Assembly (NCBI GenBank): GCA_032128875.1
Contig: JAVLKG010000003.1
Span: 417,008-481,007, forward strand
Length of the DNA stretch: 64,000 nt
Reading direction: 5' to 3'
Origin: Candidatus Melainabacteria bacterium 17Bon1m
GTDB lineage: Bacteria; Cyanobacteriota; Vampirovibrionia; Obscuribacterales; Obscuribacteraceae
Shown: in pieces, positions 10,078 to 19,613 of the stretch
How the letters are laid out: each line of letters opens with the position of its first letter
Numbering within the stretch: the stretch's first letter is position 1
Position numbers and translations under genes: made by a program
The notes under the pieces: generated by a model
What the model saw: only the letters and a program-made list of their open reading frames with translations
What the model was told of the DNA's origin: nothing
The model's database searches: none

Positions 10078-13000
10078 ATGGCCGACGTTTCAACAGTAAG
10101 TCCTGAAGTAAGCGAAAGCAGCGAGCGTAACAAGGCAGCGTGTGATGCACTTCGAAGTGATGCATCCCTCGAAAGCCCAGTTGCACCAACTACAGATACT
10201 TCGTCCGAACATCTGCCCGCACTCTCATTAGAAGATTGCTCCGCTGCTGACCCGATGCTCCAAGCAAAAGCGCTGGCCCTCAAAGAGTATTTGCATCCTG
10301 GTCACGTATTTGGGATTGGTATTCTTCCGGAAAATGGCATCGAATTTACTGATGTCCAAAACATCTTCAGAAGTATGTCCCCCGCTCAAATGCAAGATTT
10401 TGAGTCCGCGTACAACAATTTGCCTGACACAGATGATCTGAGTACAGCACTCGGTAGACTTAACGATCCTGTGAAGGAAGCTACAATCCATGCTCTCATG
10501 GGACGCACCGAGGGAGAGACAAACTGGGGTGGCTACATTTCCGTAGCACTCGAAGCCGCAAACAGCGGTGATCAAAATGGCGGCGGCGAACTAATGCGTG
10601 CCATTTTTTCAACAATGGACAAAGCTGAAATTGATGCTGCCGGGACACAATGGGCCAACGATCACGGCGGGCAAACTCTAGAGGATGCCATCAAAGCATC
10701 CGGTTTGAGCGAAACAGATAAAGGTCTTTATCAATCTATCTATATGGGTGGTGCGGACAATCGTGATACTGCGGTGACTGTTCAAGCCGCAAAAGATTAC
10801 ATCTCGTCGCTCGATAATGGCTACCCCAGCGACATTCCTCGCGATGAATGGCTGCGCAGATTCGGCGACATTGTTTCGGGCGATACCAATGCAACGTCCG
10901 CTTTGTTGGAAGACCCGAATTTCGTTGCTCAATATCATCGCGTTTTTGATGGAACTCTTCTGGCTGAGGGATATTTGAATGAAGGTCGCATCTCTCTTAC
11001 AGATGTGATTTCGCAAAACAGAACAGTAATCGCAAAGTTGATGCAAGGGGAAGCTTCTGAAGACTTTGTTGAATCTGCTTTGAGAAACGCAACTTCGGAA
11101 GAACGCGTTGACTTTATCGCTGGACGCGCTTTGGTTCAGAGTGGCGCGGAGCTGACCACTACCGAAGATCAGCGCAAAGCTGATTACTACAACAACATGA
11201 TGAGAACGTTCCAGGAAGCTGGCGGTACCGAACTGGCTGCTGTCTGGGAAGACGTTTTGACTCATGGCAAAAAGACTCTCGTATCGGAAGTCGCAATGAT
11301 TGATTCCGATTTCGAGAAGAGCCAACCAGAGCTCATGCACATGATTGAATCAATGAGTGAGGAAGATTGGAAGCTCATTCATTCGGCAGATGGCACTCAA
11401 ACACCCGAGTTGACCGCGTTGATTGATACCATCGGCAAAGTTGCTCCGGAGTTCGAAACCGAAGCCGTTGCAAGATTGCGTGAGATGGCCGAAGCCGCGA
11501 CTTATTCAGATGCAAAAGCTGGAAATTCCAGCTTCGATGAAATCATTGCTCGCAATTCTGATGCTTTTAGCGCTCCGAATGCAGCTGATGTTCTTGAAGC
11601 AGTTAAGAACATGACTGATGCGGATCGCGAAAAGTATTTTTCAAATGAAGAATATCGTGCTTCGGTTGATGCTGTGATTTTCCCGAATCATCAGATCATG
11701 AAGTCTTTCATTGATAACCCTGTAGCGCAAGCACAAATGCTGATGGTGCAATCTATGCTCGGACAGATTAAAGAAGACGGTAAGGCTCCTGAGATGGGCG
11801 TCGTCGAAAATTTTGCGCAAAAGGTCATCAATGGCGAAATCAACAGCTCGAATCAACTCGCCACGCTTGAAGCAGTAGCAACTGATCCTTCAGTTCAACA
11901 ATTGCTCAAGAACTATTTGCCGATGTACAACGAGCAAATGATGCCTGCCAATTCGTTCGAAGAGCACCTTGATGGCTATGATGCACGCACCACAAGTTTG
12001 ACTCAACTGCTCATGAGTCTTGATCCGGATGGTCACAAGGCAAACTTCGGTGCTCTGGTAAACGGCGGCAAGATTTCTGAAGCAACTCAGATGGTTGGCG
12101 ATCTGGCTCCAGTCCCTGGGTTTAGCACTCTTGCAGATGAGACTACTAACCGTTTTTCACCAGAAGATCCGAGATTCGAAGTAGCGCAGAACGTCCTCGA
12201 TCAAAATGGTAAAGCTGAGCCGGAAGACATTGCTCAAATGTACTTGCTTGGAATGGACTCTCACGCAAATGGCGGCGAATCTTATAACTACCGTGATGTC
12301 CTGACGATGCTTGACGCCGCTGGTCCAGAAGGGCGCACACAGTTTTATCAATCGATGAAAGACAAATATCAAGTTGATTTTGTCGAAGCATTTAAGAGCC
12401 GCGTTGCGAGTGAGAACTTGGAAGGCGGATACAAATCTATTTTCGATAACGCAGTTGCACAAGGCTTCAATCTCACTACCGCTGATGAAGTTGCCTTGGC
12501 AGCGCTCGATGACAATGGTGGGTACAGAGAATTCGAGAGCGCCTTGTCTGCAATGTCTTTCGATGAGCGCGATCAGATGAAAGCTGAGTTCGCAGCAAAA
12601 GGTTATGGCGACTTTGATTCCGAATTCCTCGGACTGATTGGAAGCAACACCGCTGAATTAGAAAAATATGGTGCTCTGATTTCTTCCTTCGAGGAAGATC
12701 CTTCTTCCAAATTCATTCAAAGACTGCTCGAATCCAAAGACGATCTTTCCGGTTGGGATCTGGATGGCACTAACGAAGAACTCGTTAGATCTGTTTTGAC
12801 CAATCGCGATGTATTAGCTAAGTACGCAGCGGCTCGTGAAAGCTTGCCTCCGGAAGTCCTTGCTCAAATCGATCAAATGTATGTCGATGCAGTAAACGAC
12901 AACCGTACTTCGAAGGAAAATGTCGCTGCAAAAGTAAATGCGGCTGTTGACGGCATTCTGCTCGTTGCAGCGGTCGCCAGTATGCTTCCATCAGGCGGTA

Positions 13001-14016
13001 CAAGCGCGGTAGCGTTTGGCGCACTAACAGCTGCTTCTCGTGCCTCATTGATTGATGCGGTTAAGGGCGACGGCATTATGACTGAAGATGAGCGCCAAGC
13101 AAACTTCAATCGCGCAATGCTTGAGGCTGGTCTATTCCTGGGGCCTGATGCTGCTATTCAAGCGTTCCAAGGAGTGAAAGCACTGGCTCAAAATCCAGCA
13201 ATTCGCGATTTGATTATTGCCGGCGCAGATATGCCGGAAGTAGCAACTGTGACGAATAAGGCAGCTGCAGTTATTTCCCGCCCGACTGCAGAACAGTTGG
13301 CAGCGATTAGGAGGGTGGATGATGTTGTACCGGAGCAAGTTGTTCCTGCAATAAAGCAACCTACCGCTGAAGAGTTGGCAGCAATCAGAAACGTAGATGC
13401 CGCGACGCCGGAAGAGGTCGTTGCCACCGTCAAGCAACCAACACCAGAAGAGTTGGCAGCAATCAGAAACGTAGATAACGCAGCACCGGAAGAAGTTGTT
13501 GCCACCGTCAAACAACCAACGCCAGAAGAGTTGGCAGCAATCAGAAACGTAGATGCCGCGACGCCGGAAGAGGTCGTTGCCACCGTCAAACAACCAACGC
13601 CAGAAGAGTTGGCAGCAATTAGAAATGTGCCTGATGAACTGGTGATTCCGAGAGGAACTATTTTCCCAACCACAGCTGCTGAAATTTTGGAGGCTCAGCC
13701 GCAAGCAGAACAAACCGATTTCGAACCACCCACACCGAACGACGCTCTGATCGCAATGGCGACTGTAAAACGTGGCGAAGGTCCGTGGCAAACTGCTGAA
13801 AGAATTCTTGCTGCTGCTGGTGGCGGTTACGACGTGATGGAAGTGCGTGCTTTGACTAACGCAATCAAGGCAATCTATGCCGCTGACAGCAATAACCCTG
13901 ATATCAGCGGACTCAAGGTGAATCATCAGTTCATCACTGATGCTAATTTCGAACAATTGGTAAACAGCGTCAGCAATGAAGATGTGAAAGCAGCTCTCAT
14001 GGGTTTTGCCGCTTAG
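10078..14016 (+). CDS. Giant protein (1312 aa), paralogue of 5484..9851
   Basis: Shared blocks EGRISL, AARE(K/S)LPP, GGTS hairpin and RGEGPWQTAERIL...EVRALT.AI. Confidence 0.85.
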   Translation: MADVSTVSPEVSESSERNKAACDALRSDASLESPVAPTTDTSSEHLPALSLEDCSAADPMLQAKALALKEYLHPGHVFGIGILPENGIEFTDVQNIFRSMSPAQMQDFESAYNNLPDTDDLSTALGRLNDPVKEATIHALMGRTEGETNWGGYISVALEAANSGDQNGGGELMRAIFSTMDKAEIDAAGTQWANDHGGQTLEDAIKASGLSETDKGLYQSIYMGGADNRDTAVTVQAAKDYISSLDNGYPSDIPRDEWLRRFGDIVSGDTNATSALLEDPNFVAQYHRVFDGTLLAEGYLNEGRISLTDVISQNRTVIAKLMQGEASEDFVESALRNATSEERVDFIAGRALVQSGAELTTTEDQRKADYYNNMMRTFQEAGGTELAAVWEDVLTHGKKTLVSEVAMIDSDFEKSQPELMHMIESMSEEDWKLIHSADGTQTPELTALIDTIGKVAPEFETEAVARLREMAEAATYSDAKAGNSSFDEIIARNSDAFSAPNAADVLEAVKNMTDADREKYFSNEEYRASVDAVIFPNHQIMKSFIDNPVAQAQMLMVQSMLGQIKEDGKAPEMGVVENFAQKVINGEINSSNQLATLEAVATDPSVQQLLKNYLPMYNEQMMPANSFEEHLDGYDARTTSLTQLLMSLDPDGHKANFGALVNGGKISEATQMVGDLAPVPGFSTLADETTNRFSPEDPRFEVAQNVLDQNGKAEPEDIAQMYLLGMDSHANGGESYNYRDVLTMLDAAGPEGRTQFYQSMKDKYQVDFVEAFKSRVASENLEGGYKSIFDNAVAQGFNLTTADEVALAALDDNGGYREFESALSAMSFDERDQMKAEFAAKGYGDFDSEFLGLIGSNTAELEKYGALISSFEEDPSSKFIQRLLESKDDLSGWDLDGTNEELVRSVLTNRDVLAKYAAARESLPPEVLAQIDQMYVDAVNDNRTSKENVAAKVNAAVDGILLVAAVASMLPSGGTSAVAFGALTAASRASLIDAVKGDGIMTEDERQANFNRAMLEAGLFLGPDAAIQAFQGVKALAQNPAIRDLIIAGADMPEVATVTNKAAAVISRPTAEQLAAIRRVDDVVPEQVVPAIKQPTAEELAAIRNVDAATPEEVVATVKQPTPEELAAIRNVDNAAPEEVVATVKQPTPEELAAIRNVDAATPEEVVATVKQPTPEELAAIRNVPDELVIPRGTIFPTTAAEILEAQPQAEQTDFEPPTPNDALIAMATVKRGEGPWQTAERILAAAGGGYDVMEVRALTNAIKAIYAADSNNPDISGLKVNHQFITDANFEQLVNSVSNEDVKAALMGFAA
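13276..13629 (+). repeat. 78-bp coding tandem repeat, about 4.5 copies of KQPTPEELAAIRNVDAATPEEVVATV
   Basis: Units start at 13276, 13354, 13432, 13510 and 13588. Confidence 0.95.
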
Positions 14017-14104
14017 TACGTTTCTTTCATTTTTCGCATAGTTTATTCGATGGCCATTCCTCGCAATACTGATCCAGCCTCAGATTTGCTCCATCGACAA
14101 AAGA

Positions 14105-14134
14105 AAAACTCCCGGTTTAATTGCCGGGAGTTTT
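14105..14134. terminator. Bidirectional intrinsic terminator
   Basis: aaaactcccgg-tttaattg-ccgggagtttt between convergent genes. Confidence 0.85.
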
Positions 14135-14155
14135 CAATTTCTTGTTAGTTCTCAA

Positions 14156-14836
14156 CTATTGTTGAGGATTTGCACCGAGAAGCGGGCTGTTCAGTCCGGT
14201 AACGGACGCTGCGGCTGAGGCGGCGTTCAATACTGGAGCGCCAGGATGACGCTTCACTTGACCGAGCAGACGTTGTCCGTTTCTCACAATGGTTTGTGAT
14301 TCAACGAGACGTTGCCCGAGGTTTTGCAAATCGGTGTCGATGCGAGTCAGCACAGATTCAGCATAGTGGTCGGCACCTTCGCGGGTGGCGGCTGCATGCT
14401 CTTCTGCTTCCAGGCGAATCTTTTCAGCTTCTGCCAGGGCTTCTCTGCGCATTTGTTCGACTTCTGAGACTACCTGCTTGCGGATGCGCTCGACTTCAGC
14501 TTGCACGGCTTTGAGAAGCTCAGATTCGTGCAGCATATTTTCGGCTTGCCGGCGAGCGGTAGCGATAATTTGTTCGGAGCGACGCTGGGATTCGCCCAGA
14601 ATTTCGTCGCGGCGCTGAAGGACGTCTCCAGCTTCTTTCAATTCTTCCGGCAAGCGAGCGCGGGCTTTGTCGAGTACATCAAGAAACTCATCAGCATTGA
14701 TGAATTTGTATTTGTACACGCCTACAGCGTCATCGATTAGATGCTCAAGCAAGTCGAGATGTTTATATATCGAAGTTTGCTTGTAGGTCGCTGCAGTTGC
14801 TTGTTGCTGTTGCGGAGATACAGTTAGCGTCGTCAT
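14156..14836 (-). CDS. DivIVA-like coiled-coil protein (cyanobacterial Cdv3-like)
   Basis: LD.LE..I..., ARLPEEL..A, GADHYAESVL and VRNGQ motifs; directly downstream of coaD, as in cyanobacteria. Confidence 0.75.
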   Translation of the reverse strand: MTTLTVSPQQQQATAATYKQTSIYKHLDLLEHLIDDAVGVYKYKFINADEFLDVLDKARARLPEELKEAGDVLQRRDEILGESQRRSEQIIATARRQAENMLHESELLKAVQAEVERIRKQVVSEVEQMRREALAEAEKIRLEAEEHAAATREGADHYAESVLTRIDTDLQNLGQRLVESQTIVRNGQRLLGQVKRHPGAPVLNAASAAASVTGLNSPLLGANPQQ

Positions 14837-15325
14837 CTATTTGGTGCCTCTGCTGAAATGCCTCTTCAGGTATTCGTTCACAGGTGGAGGGACAAACTGG
14901 GATACGTCACCGCCGAGGCGGGCAATTTCCTTCACAGTGGATGAACTGATAAAAGAATACTCGGCTTTTGTCATGAGAAAAATAGTTTCTAGTTCAGGAA
15001 AGAGTTGCTTATTCGCCTGCTCCATTCCCAGCTCCGCTTCGAAGTCGGAAATAGCTCGCAGCCCCCGTATCAGAACTTTGATGTCGTTCTGTTTGGCGTA
15101 ATCAACCGTAAGCCCCTGAAAAGAACCTACAGAAACGTTTTTCAGATCTTTTACCGCCTCACTAATCAACTGGGTTCTCACTTCCGGAGGCAGCAGCGGG
15201 GATTTCCCCGGATTGCCGACAACAGCCATGATTACTTCGTCGAAGAGCTTGCTGGACCTCTGGACGATGTCCAGGTGCCCGTAGGTCATGGGATCAAATG
15301 AACCAGGATATATAACTCGGACCAT
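14837..15325 (-). CDS. coaD: Phosphopantetheine adenylyltransferase
   Basis: YPGSFDPMTYGHLDI, RGLRAISDFE and ISSSTVKEIA. Confidence 0.97.
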   Translation of the reverse strand: MVRVIYPGSFDPMTYGHLDIVQRSSKLFDEVIMAVVGNPGKSPLLPPEVRTQLISEAVKDLKNVSVGSFQGLTVDYAKQNDIKVLIRGLRAISDFEAELGMEQANKQLFPELETIFLMTKAEYSFISSSTVKEIARLGGDVSQFVPPPVNEYLKRHFSRGTK

Positions 15326-15565
15326 GATCCTATGTATTCCGGATAGACCAAGAATCGGTCAAGAACTGTCAACTGACACGGCTTTTGGCCTTGTCAATGG
15401 AGCAATGATAACACGGCAATTTCTTGGAAACGCGGCGGGGAGGCCATATATTGCTAATAATCCCGCGGCGCGAATGTCAAGCGGAATTAATGCCTACAAA
15501 ACGCGCGGAGATTCGCCTTTTACGCGTCGAGTTTCGCAAAGACACTCAGGTGAGAAAAAACAAAT

Positions 15566-17560
15566 TTATGAAGCTAGTTCGTGAGAAGCGACATTTGGCT
15601 TAGCCAGTGCGTTTTCTTCCGATGCAGAAAGGTTTGCTTCTGCGGAATCATCATTCAGCGGGTCAACTTCTTCATATGGATTGCCGGTAGGCAGGAAGAA
15701 TGAGAAGGTAGAACCCTGACCCAGCGCCGATTCAACGGTTACCCGTCCTTTGTGCTTTTCAATAATCTTGGTGACGATGGTTAAGCCCAAACCTGTTCCT
15801 TTGATCGTATGAACCTTTCGCTCAACTCTATAGAAGCGGTCAAAAATCTGTGGCAAGCATTCCTCGGGAATGCCAATCCCGTTATCTTTTATGGCGACCT
15901 GAACCTCTTTAGTTTCCGTCAGGTGATTGATCAGCACTTCGATCGTGCCGCCGGCGGGCGTATATTTGATCGCGTTGGTGAGAAGATTTATAGCTACGCG
16001 TTCAATCGATTCGCGATTCATATATACATCAGGTACGTCCGGACCTTGCGTAACTTTCAATTCCAGTTCGCGGTCGCGCGCCATTAGATTGACTGAGCGC
16101 ACGGCTTGCTCGACTGCATCGAAAACTGGGAAAGCAATGAGTTCCAGTTCTCTGTCGCCCTCTTCAATGCGGCTGAGTTCAAGTACGTCATTGACCAGAT
16201 ACATCAAGCGGTCTGCTTCGTTGTCGATAATGTCTAAGAATTCGCGATAGATATCGGGATCTAATTTCTCACCGTGATTGCAGAGCGTGTCTACGTAAGT
16301 TTTGATTGATGTAATGGGTGTGCGCAATTCGTGCGAAACGTTCGATATAAACTCGTTCTTCATCTTCTCGAGCTCTGCTTCGCGCGTTACGTCGTGCATG
16401 ATCATTACCGAACCAAGGAATTCTTGATTCAAGCTAATTGGCGCAATGTGCATGCGAACGGTTAGGTCACCCAAGTGAATCGATTGCACGACTGGTTCGA
16501 GCGTGCCAGGCGAAACCGTGTCAGTGAAAGCCTGAACGATGTGACAGATCGCCGGAGAATCTGGTTCTTCAGTACAAAAAATAAGTGGTTTACCGAGCAA
16601 TTCTTTCGCTTCTTTGGCGAACAATTGCGTTGCTGCAGCGTTGACTATTTGCACCTTGTTGTCGCGGTCGCAGACGACGACGCCGTCGGCGATTGACATA
16701 AGCACTAGTTCTAGCTTGTTGCGCTCGGAGATGTATTTGTTTCTCTCTGCCATTAGCGTGTCGACGTTTTGCTTGTCGTACTGCTGCAGACGGCTCGACA
16801 TGTAGTTGAAAGCATTGACTACGTGGTCGATTTCGCGACCTGCGCGTTGTGATTTGATCTGGTGTCCAAAACGCCCGGCAGCAATTTCACTGGCACCTTG
16901 CGAAAGAATTCTCAAAGGGCGATTGATCAGTGCATAGTTAGCCCACAATCCAAGGGCACCTAAAAGTCCGACCAGACCAAATATTGAAACGAGGAAGTTG
17001 CGAGTTTCTTTTTGCGTTCCAAGAATCGTGAATGCATTGCTGTCCAATCCAACCCAGCACATGCCGAGCTTTTCGTTGTTTTTCTCCATCGGCACAGCAA
17101 TATTGGTAACAGGTCTGTATCCGTATGGGCTCGCGTACACGTTGGGTGTGGCGTATTTGCCGGGCGGTTCTTTGAAGATGGGAAAGAGCGGACGAGTGTC
17201 TTTGTTTCTGGACCGCAGGGACTCGCTATCCAGCATCACTTTGCCGGATGCGTCGCAGAAGACGATATAAACAATCGAAGGGGTCTTCTGGCACTCGGTC
17301 AAAATGTAGTATTTGAGACCTTCCAGGTTGCCGTCATGAGTGAGTGATTCAGCGCCACCTCGGGCAAGAGCGTGAGCCAGAGCGACTCCGAACTGCTCTA
17401 CGGACTGGTTGAGGACGCGCTGAGCGCGGTCGACCCAGACCCAGGCTGTAAATGTGACGAGTGCAGAGATGCTCAAAATGCCGAGCACGAGCAATTGCTT
17501 TTGCGCCGAAACACGCGCCCACATGACTATGAGCTTATCGAGCGTGCGTGGAGCTTTCAA
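15566..17560 (-). CDS. nblS: Sensor histidine kinase TM-HAMP-PAS-HisKA-HATPase, NblS/Hik33-like
   Basis: FISNVSHELRTPITSIKTYVDTL, EADRLMYLVNDVLELSR and FYRVERKVHTIKGTGLGL match the NblS signature. Confidence 0.8.
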   Translation of the reverse strand: MKAPRTLDKLIVMWARVSAQKQLLVLGILSISALVTFTAWVWVDRAQRVLNQSVEQFGVALAHALARGGAESLTHDGNLEGLKYYILTECQKTPSIVYIVFCDASGKVMLDSESLRSRNKDTRPLFPIFKEPPGKYATPNVYASPYGYRPVTNIAVPMEKNNEKLGMCWVGLDSNAFTILGTQKETRNFLVSIFGLVGLLGALGLWANYALINRPLRILSQGASEIAAGRFGHQIKSQRAGREIDHVVNAFNYMSSRLQQYDKQNVDTLMAERNKYISERNKLELVLMSIADGVVVCDRDNKVQIVNAAATQLFAKEAKELLGKPLIFCTEEPDSPAICHIVQAFTDTVSPGTLEPVVQSIHLGDLTVRMHIAPISLNQEFLGSVMIMHDVTREAELEKMKNEFISNVSHELRTPITSIKTYVDTLCNHGEKLDPDIYREFLDIIDNEADRLMYLVNDVLELSRIEEGDRELELIAFPVFDAVEQAVRSVNLMARDRELELKVTQGPDVPDVYMNRESIERVAINLLTNAIKYTPAGGTIEVLINHLTETKEVQVAIKDNGIGIPEECLPQIFDRFYRVERKVHTIKGTGLGLTIVTKIIEKHKGRVTVESALGQGSTFSFFLPTGNPYEEVDPLNDDSAEANLSASEENALAKPNVASHELAS

Positions 17561-17844
17561 ATGCTGAGGCGGTTCTTTGGTACTGATGACCGAATCCTCT
17601 TTATGGGTGATGCGCGAGTGCCTTGGAATGCGCTATTTCCTGGTATATGCCTACCCGTTTTGCAGTTCGGCAGTGACAATGTGAAAACCTTGGCCTAGAC
17701 CAATTCTATCGGAATTAACCTTCTGCACTCCACAACTGTGGCGAATTCCAAAGCACCGGATGGTTTAAATCCTTGTTGTCAGGGGAAAAACCGGAGAGGG
17801 GGGGCAAGAAGCGAATCCATAGCCATAGGAACCCATGTATAGAT

Positions 17845-18663
17845 ATGGAAACCTCTTTTCCCGAGACTAAAACTGCCAGCAAACGCTCGCCAAAGCAGGC
17901 TCCTGCCTACCTAAAGGAGGAAGAGACTGACGATTTGGTTCGCCAATACATGCCTCTGGTGCGGCAATTCGCCCGGCGGTATGCGCAGTTTAATCCCGAC
18001 TACACCGAAGACCTCACCCAGGTTGGCTCGATCGGGCTCCTCAAAGCTATTAAATATTATGATCCGCGCAGAGCGCGCTCTGCCAGCTTCAAGACACTCG
18101 CCACTTGCTACATAAGAGGCGAGATTCGTCATTATCTGCGTGATCATTGCTCGCTGGTGCAGGTTCCGCGCCGCTTGACCGAGATGAATTCTCAGCTGTC
18201 TCAGCTTGAAGAGAAGTTGACGAAAGTCTTGGACCACGTCCCGTCTGTAAACGAGCTGGCAATCTACTCCGGCTTTACTGTTCAGGAAGTGCTGGAAGCG
18301 CAACAGTCGTGGGAAGCGCGCATACATTACGAGTCTTTCGATTCGCAGAATGAAGATGACGACCGAGAAGACCGGCGCAGTTTGAGTGAAACGGTGCCCG
18401 ACAAGCGTTATCAAGAACAATTGTCGTCGAACGAAGAGCGCGAACTCGTTGCGCAGGCGCTTAAGAAGCTGGGTGACAGGACTCGCCAGATTGTCGAGTT
18501 CGTCTACTTCTATGACCTTTCGCAAAAGGAAACGGCTACTGTGCTTGGTCTTTCAGAGATGGGTGTGTCGCGCGCCGTGCACACAGGACTGAAACGACTG
18601 AAGGAAATCATGCAGAACGAGGGCGTGATGTCTCAGCGCAAATGCGCTCCGCCTGAACAGTAG
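17845..18663 (+). CDS. sigF: Group 3 sigma-70 factor, SigF/SigB type
   Basis: EDLTQVGSIGLLKAI, YIRGEIRHYLRD..VQVPRR and region 4 HTH. ATG at 17845 is preferred to the upstream TTG at 17773. Confidence 0.8.
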   Translation: METSFPETKTASKRSPKQAPAYLKEEETDDLVRQYMPLVRQFARRYAQFNPDYTEDLTQVGSIGLLKAIKYYDPRRARSASFKTLATCYIRGEIRHYLRDHCSLVQVPRRLTEMNSQLSQLEEKLTKVLDHVPSVNELAIYSGFTVQEVLEAQQSWEARIHYESFDSQNEDDDREDRRSLSETVPDKRYQEQLSSNEERELVAQALKKLGDRTRQIVEFVYFYDLSQKETATVLGLSEMGVSRAVHTGLKRLKEIMQNEGVMSQRKCAPPEQ

Positions 18664-18667
18664 CCGC

Positions 18668-18873
18668 GACTTCAATGTATTCACGTTGAGGGATTTTCTC
18701 AGGTTTTTCCCTCAACATGCTTCGAGCAAGAAAGCCACAGGTGGGGCTCGGCATTAACGTTGCAACTTCTGGAAGTCTTTGATTTCCCAGAAGTCTCTTC
18801 TACGCTCAAAAAACCTTGACTCAGGTTGAGGGATTTTCTCAAGAAAATCCCTCAACCTGGAATTATTGAAGTC
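18668..18873. repeat. 206-bp element with ~32-bp imperfect terminal inverted repeats and nested palindromes (MITE-like or structured RNA)
   Basis: gacttcaatgtattcacgttgagggattttct ... agaaaatccctcaacctggaattattgaagtc. Confidence 0.65.
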
Positions 18874-19195
18874 CAGAAATACATTGTCGTAATTCTTGAA
18901 TTCGGCTGGATGTCAAGATTGACAACCATTTAAACCCTGCTAACATTTGGCTTTTAGAACGGCGGGCTTACATTAAAACCCAGTCCCCAAGCCGTATATC
19001 CAGCGGAACCACTTTTACTACATTTTGGGTGAGGAACAGATAATGCCGACCGGCGGCGAGTCTATAGTGGCACTCGAGCATTTGGATAGCCATATTAAGG
19101 CCATATTGAAGCTTAAGCTGCGCGCTTTCGTGCACCTAAATCCCTGCTTCGACAGTATGCATTCTATAGATGCAAGCAGGGGACTGACACATACA

Positions 19196-19429
19196 ATGCG
19201 CAGTACTATCGAAACACCCGTTCTTTTATCTCGGACCTCGCCGGAAAAGCCACCCGTGTTGGACTTTCCGCCGATTCCAGAAAAAGACTTGTATTCAGCG
19301 GCGCCGGAAATACCCCAGGTTGAACAGTTTTCCCCAGAGCTGCCTTATTCGATAGAAGCTATTGCGCAACCGGCAGATTGCCGTAATCGCCTTGCTGTTC
19401 AGCGGTTGCGCCGCCGCGCCAGAGTTTGA
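19196..19429 (+). CDS. Hypothetical small Pro-rich protein with basic C-terminus (77 aa)
   Basis: ATG at 19196 with AGGGGA upstream; lies within track ORF 19025..19429. Confidence 0.45.
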   Translation: MRSTIETPVLLSRTSPEKPPVLDFPPIPEKDLYSAAPEIPQVEQFSPELPYSIEAIAQPADCRNRLAVQRLRRRARV

Positions 19430-19609
19430 AAACTTTCCGGAGGGGAGCCGCATGCGGCTTCCGGGTTTGAAAACATTCCGTAAGGGAGCCGCATGCAACT
19501 TCCGGGTTTGAAAACTTTCCGTAAGGGAGCCGCATGCGGCTCCCGGGTCAGGGAGGCGCATGCGCCTCCCCTACTTAAGTTGAAGGGCGACGCCTGGCGC
19601 CGCCCCTAC
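19424..19609. repeat. REP cluster: three 41-bp tandem units plus two inverted GTAG-REP palindromes
   Basis: Units at 19424, 19465 and 19506 (gtttgaaaactttccgtaagggagccgcatgcggctcccgg); reverse copies end in cccctac at 19574 and 19609. Confidence 0.85.
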
Positions 19610-19613
19610 ATAA

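Noticed and set aside
18685-18856. GTT...AAC palindrome pair as a minimal CRISPR
   Set aside because: Only two copies with a 108-bp structured spacer; better explained as part of an inverted-repeat element.
19424-19546. 41-bp repeats containing GTTTGAAAAC as a CRISPR array
   Set aside because: The units are head-to-tail with no unique spacers, they contain the REP palindrome, and there are no cas genes.
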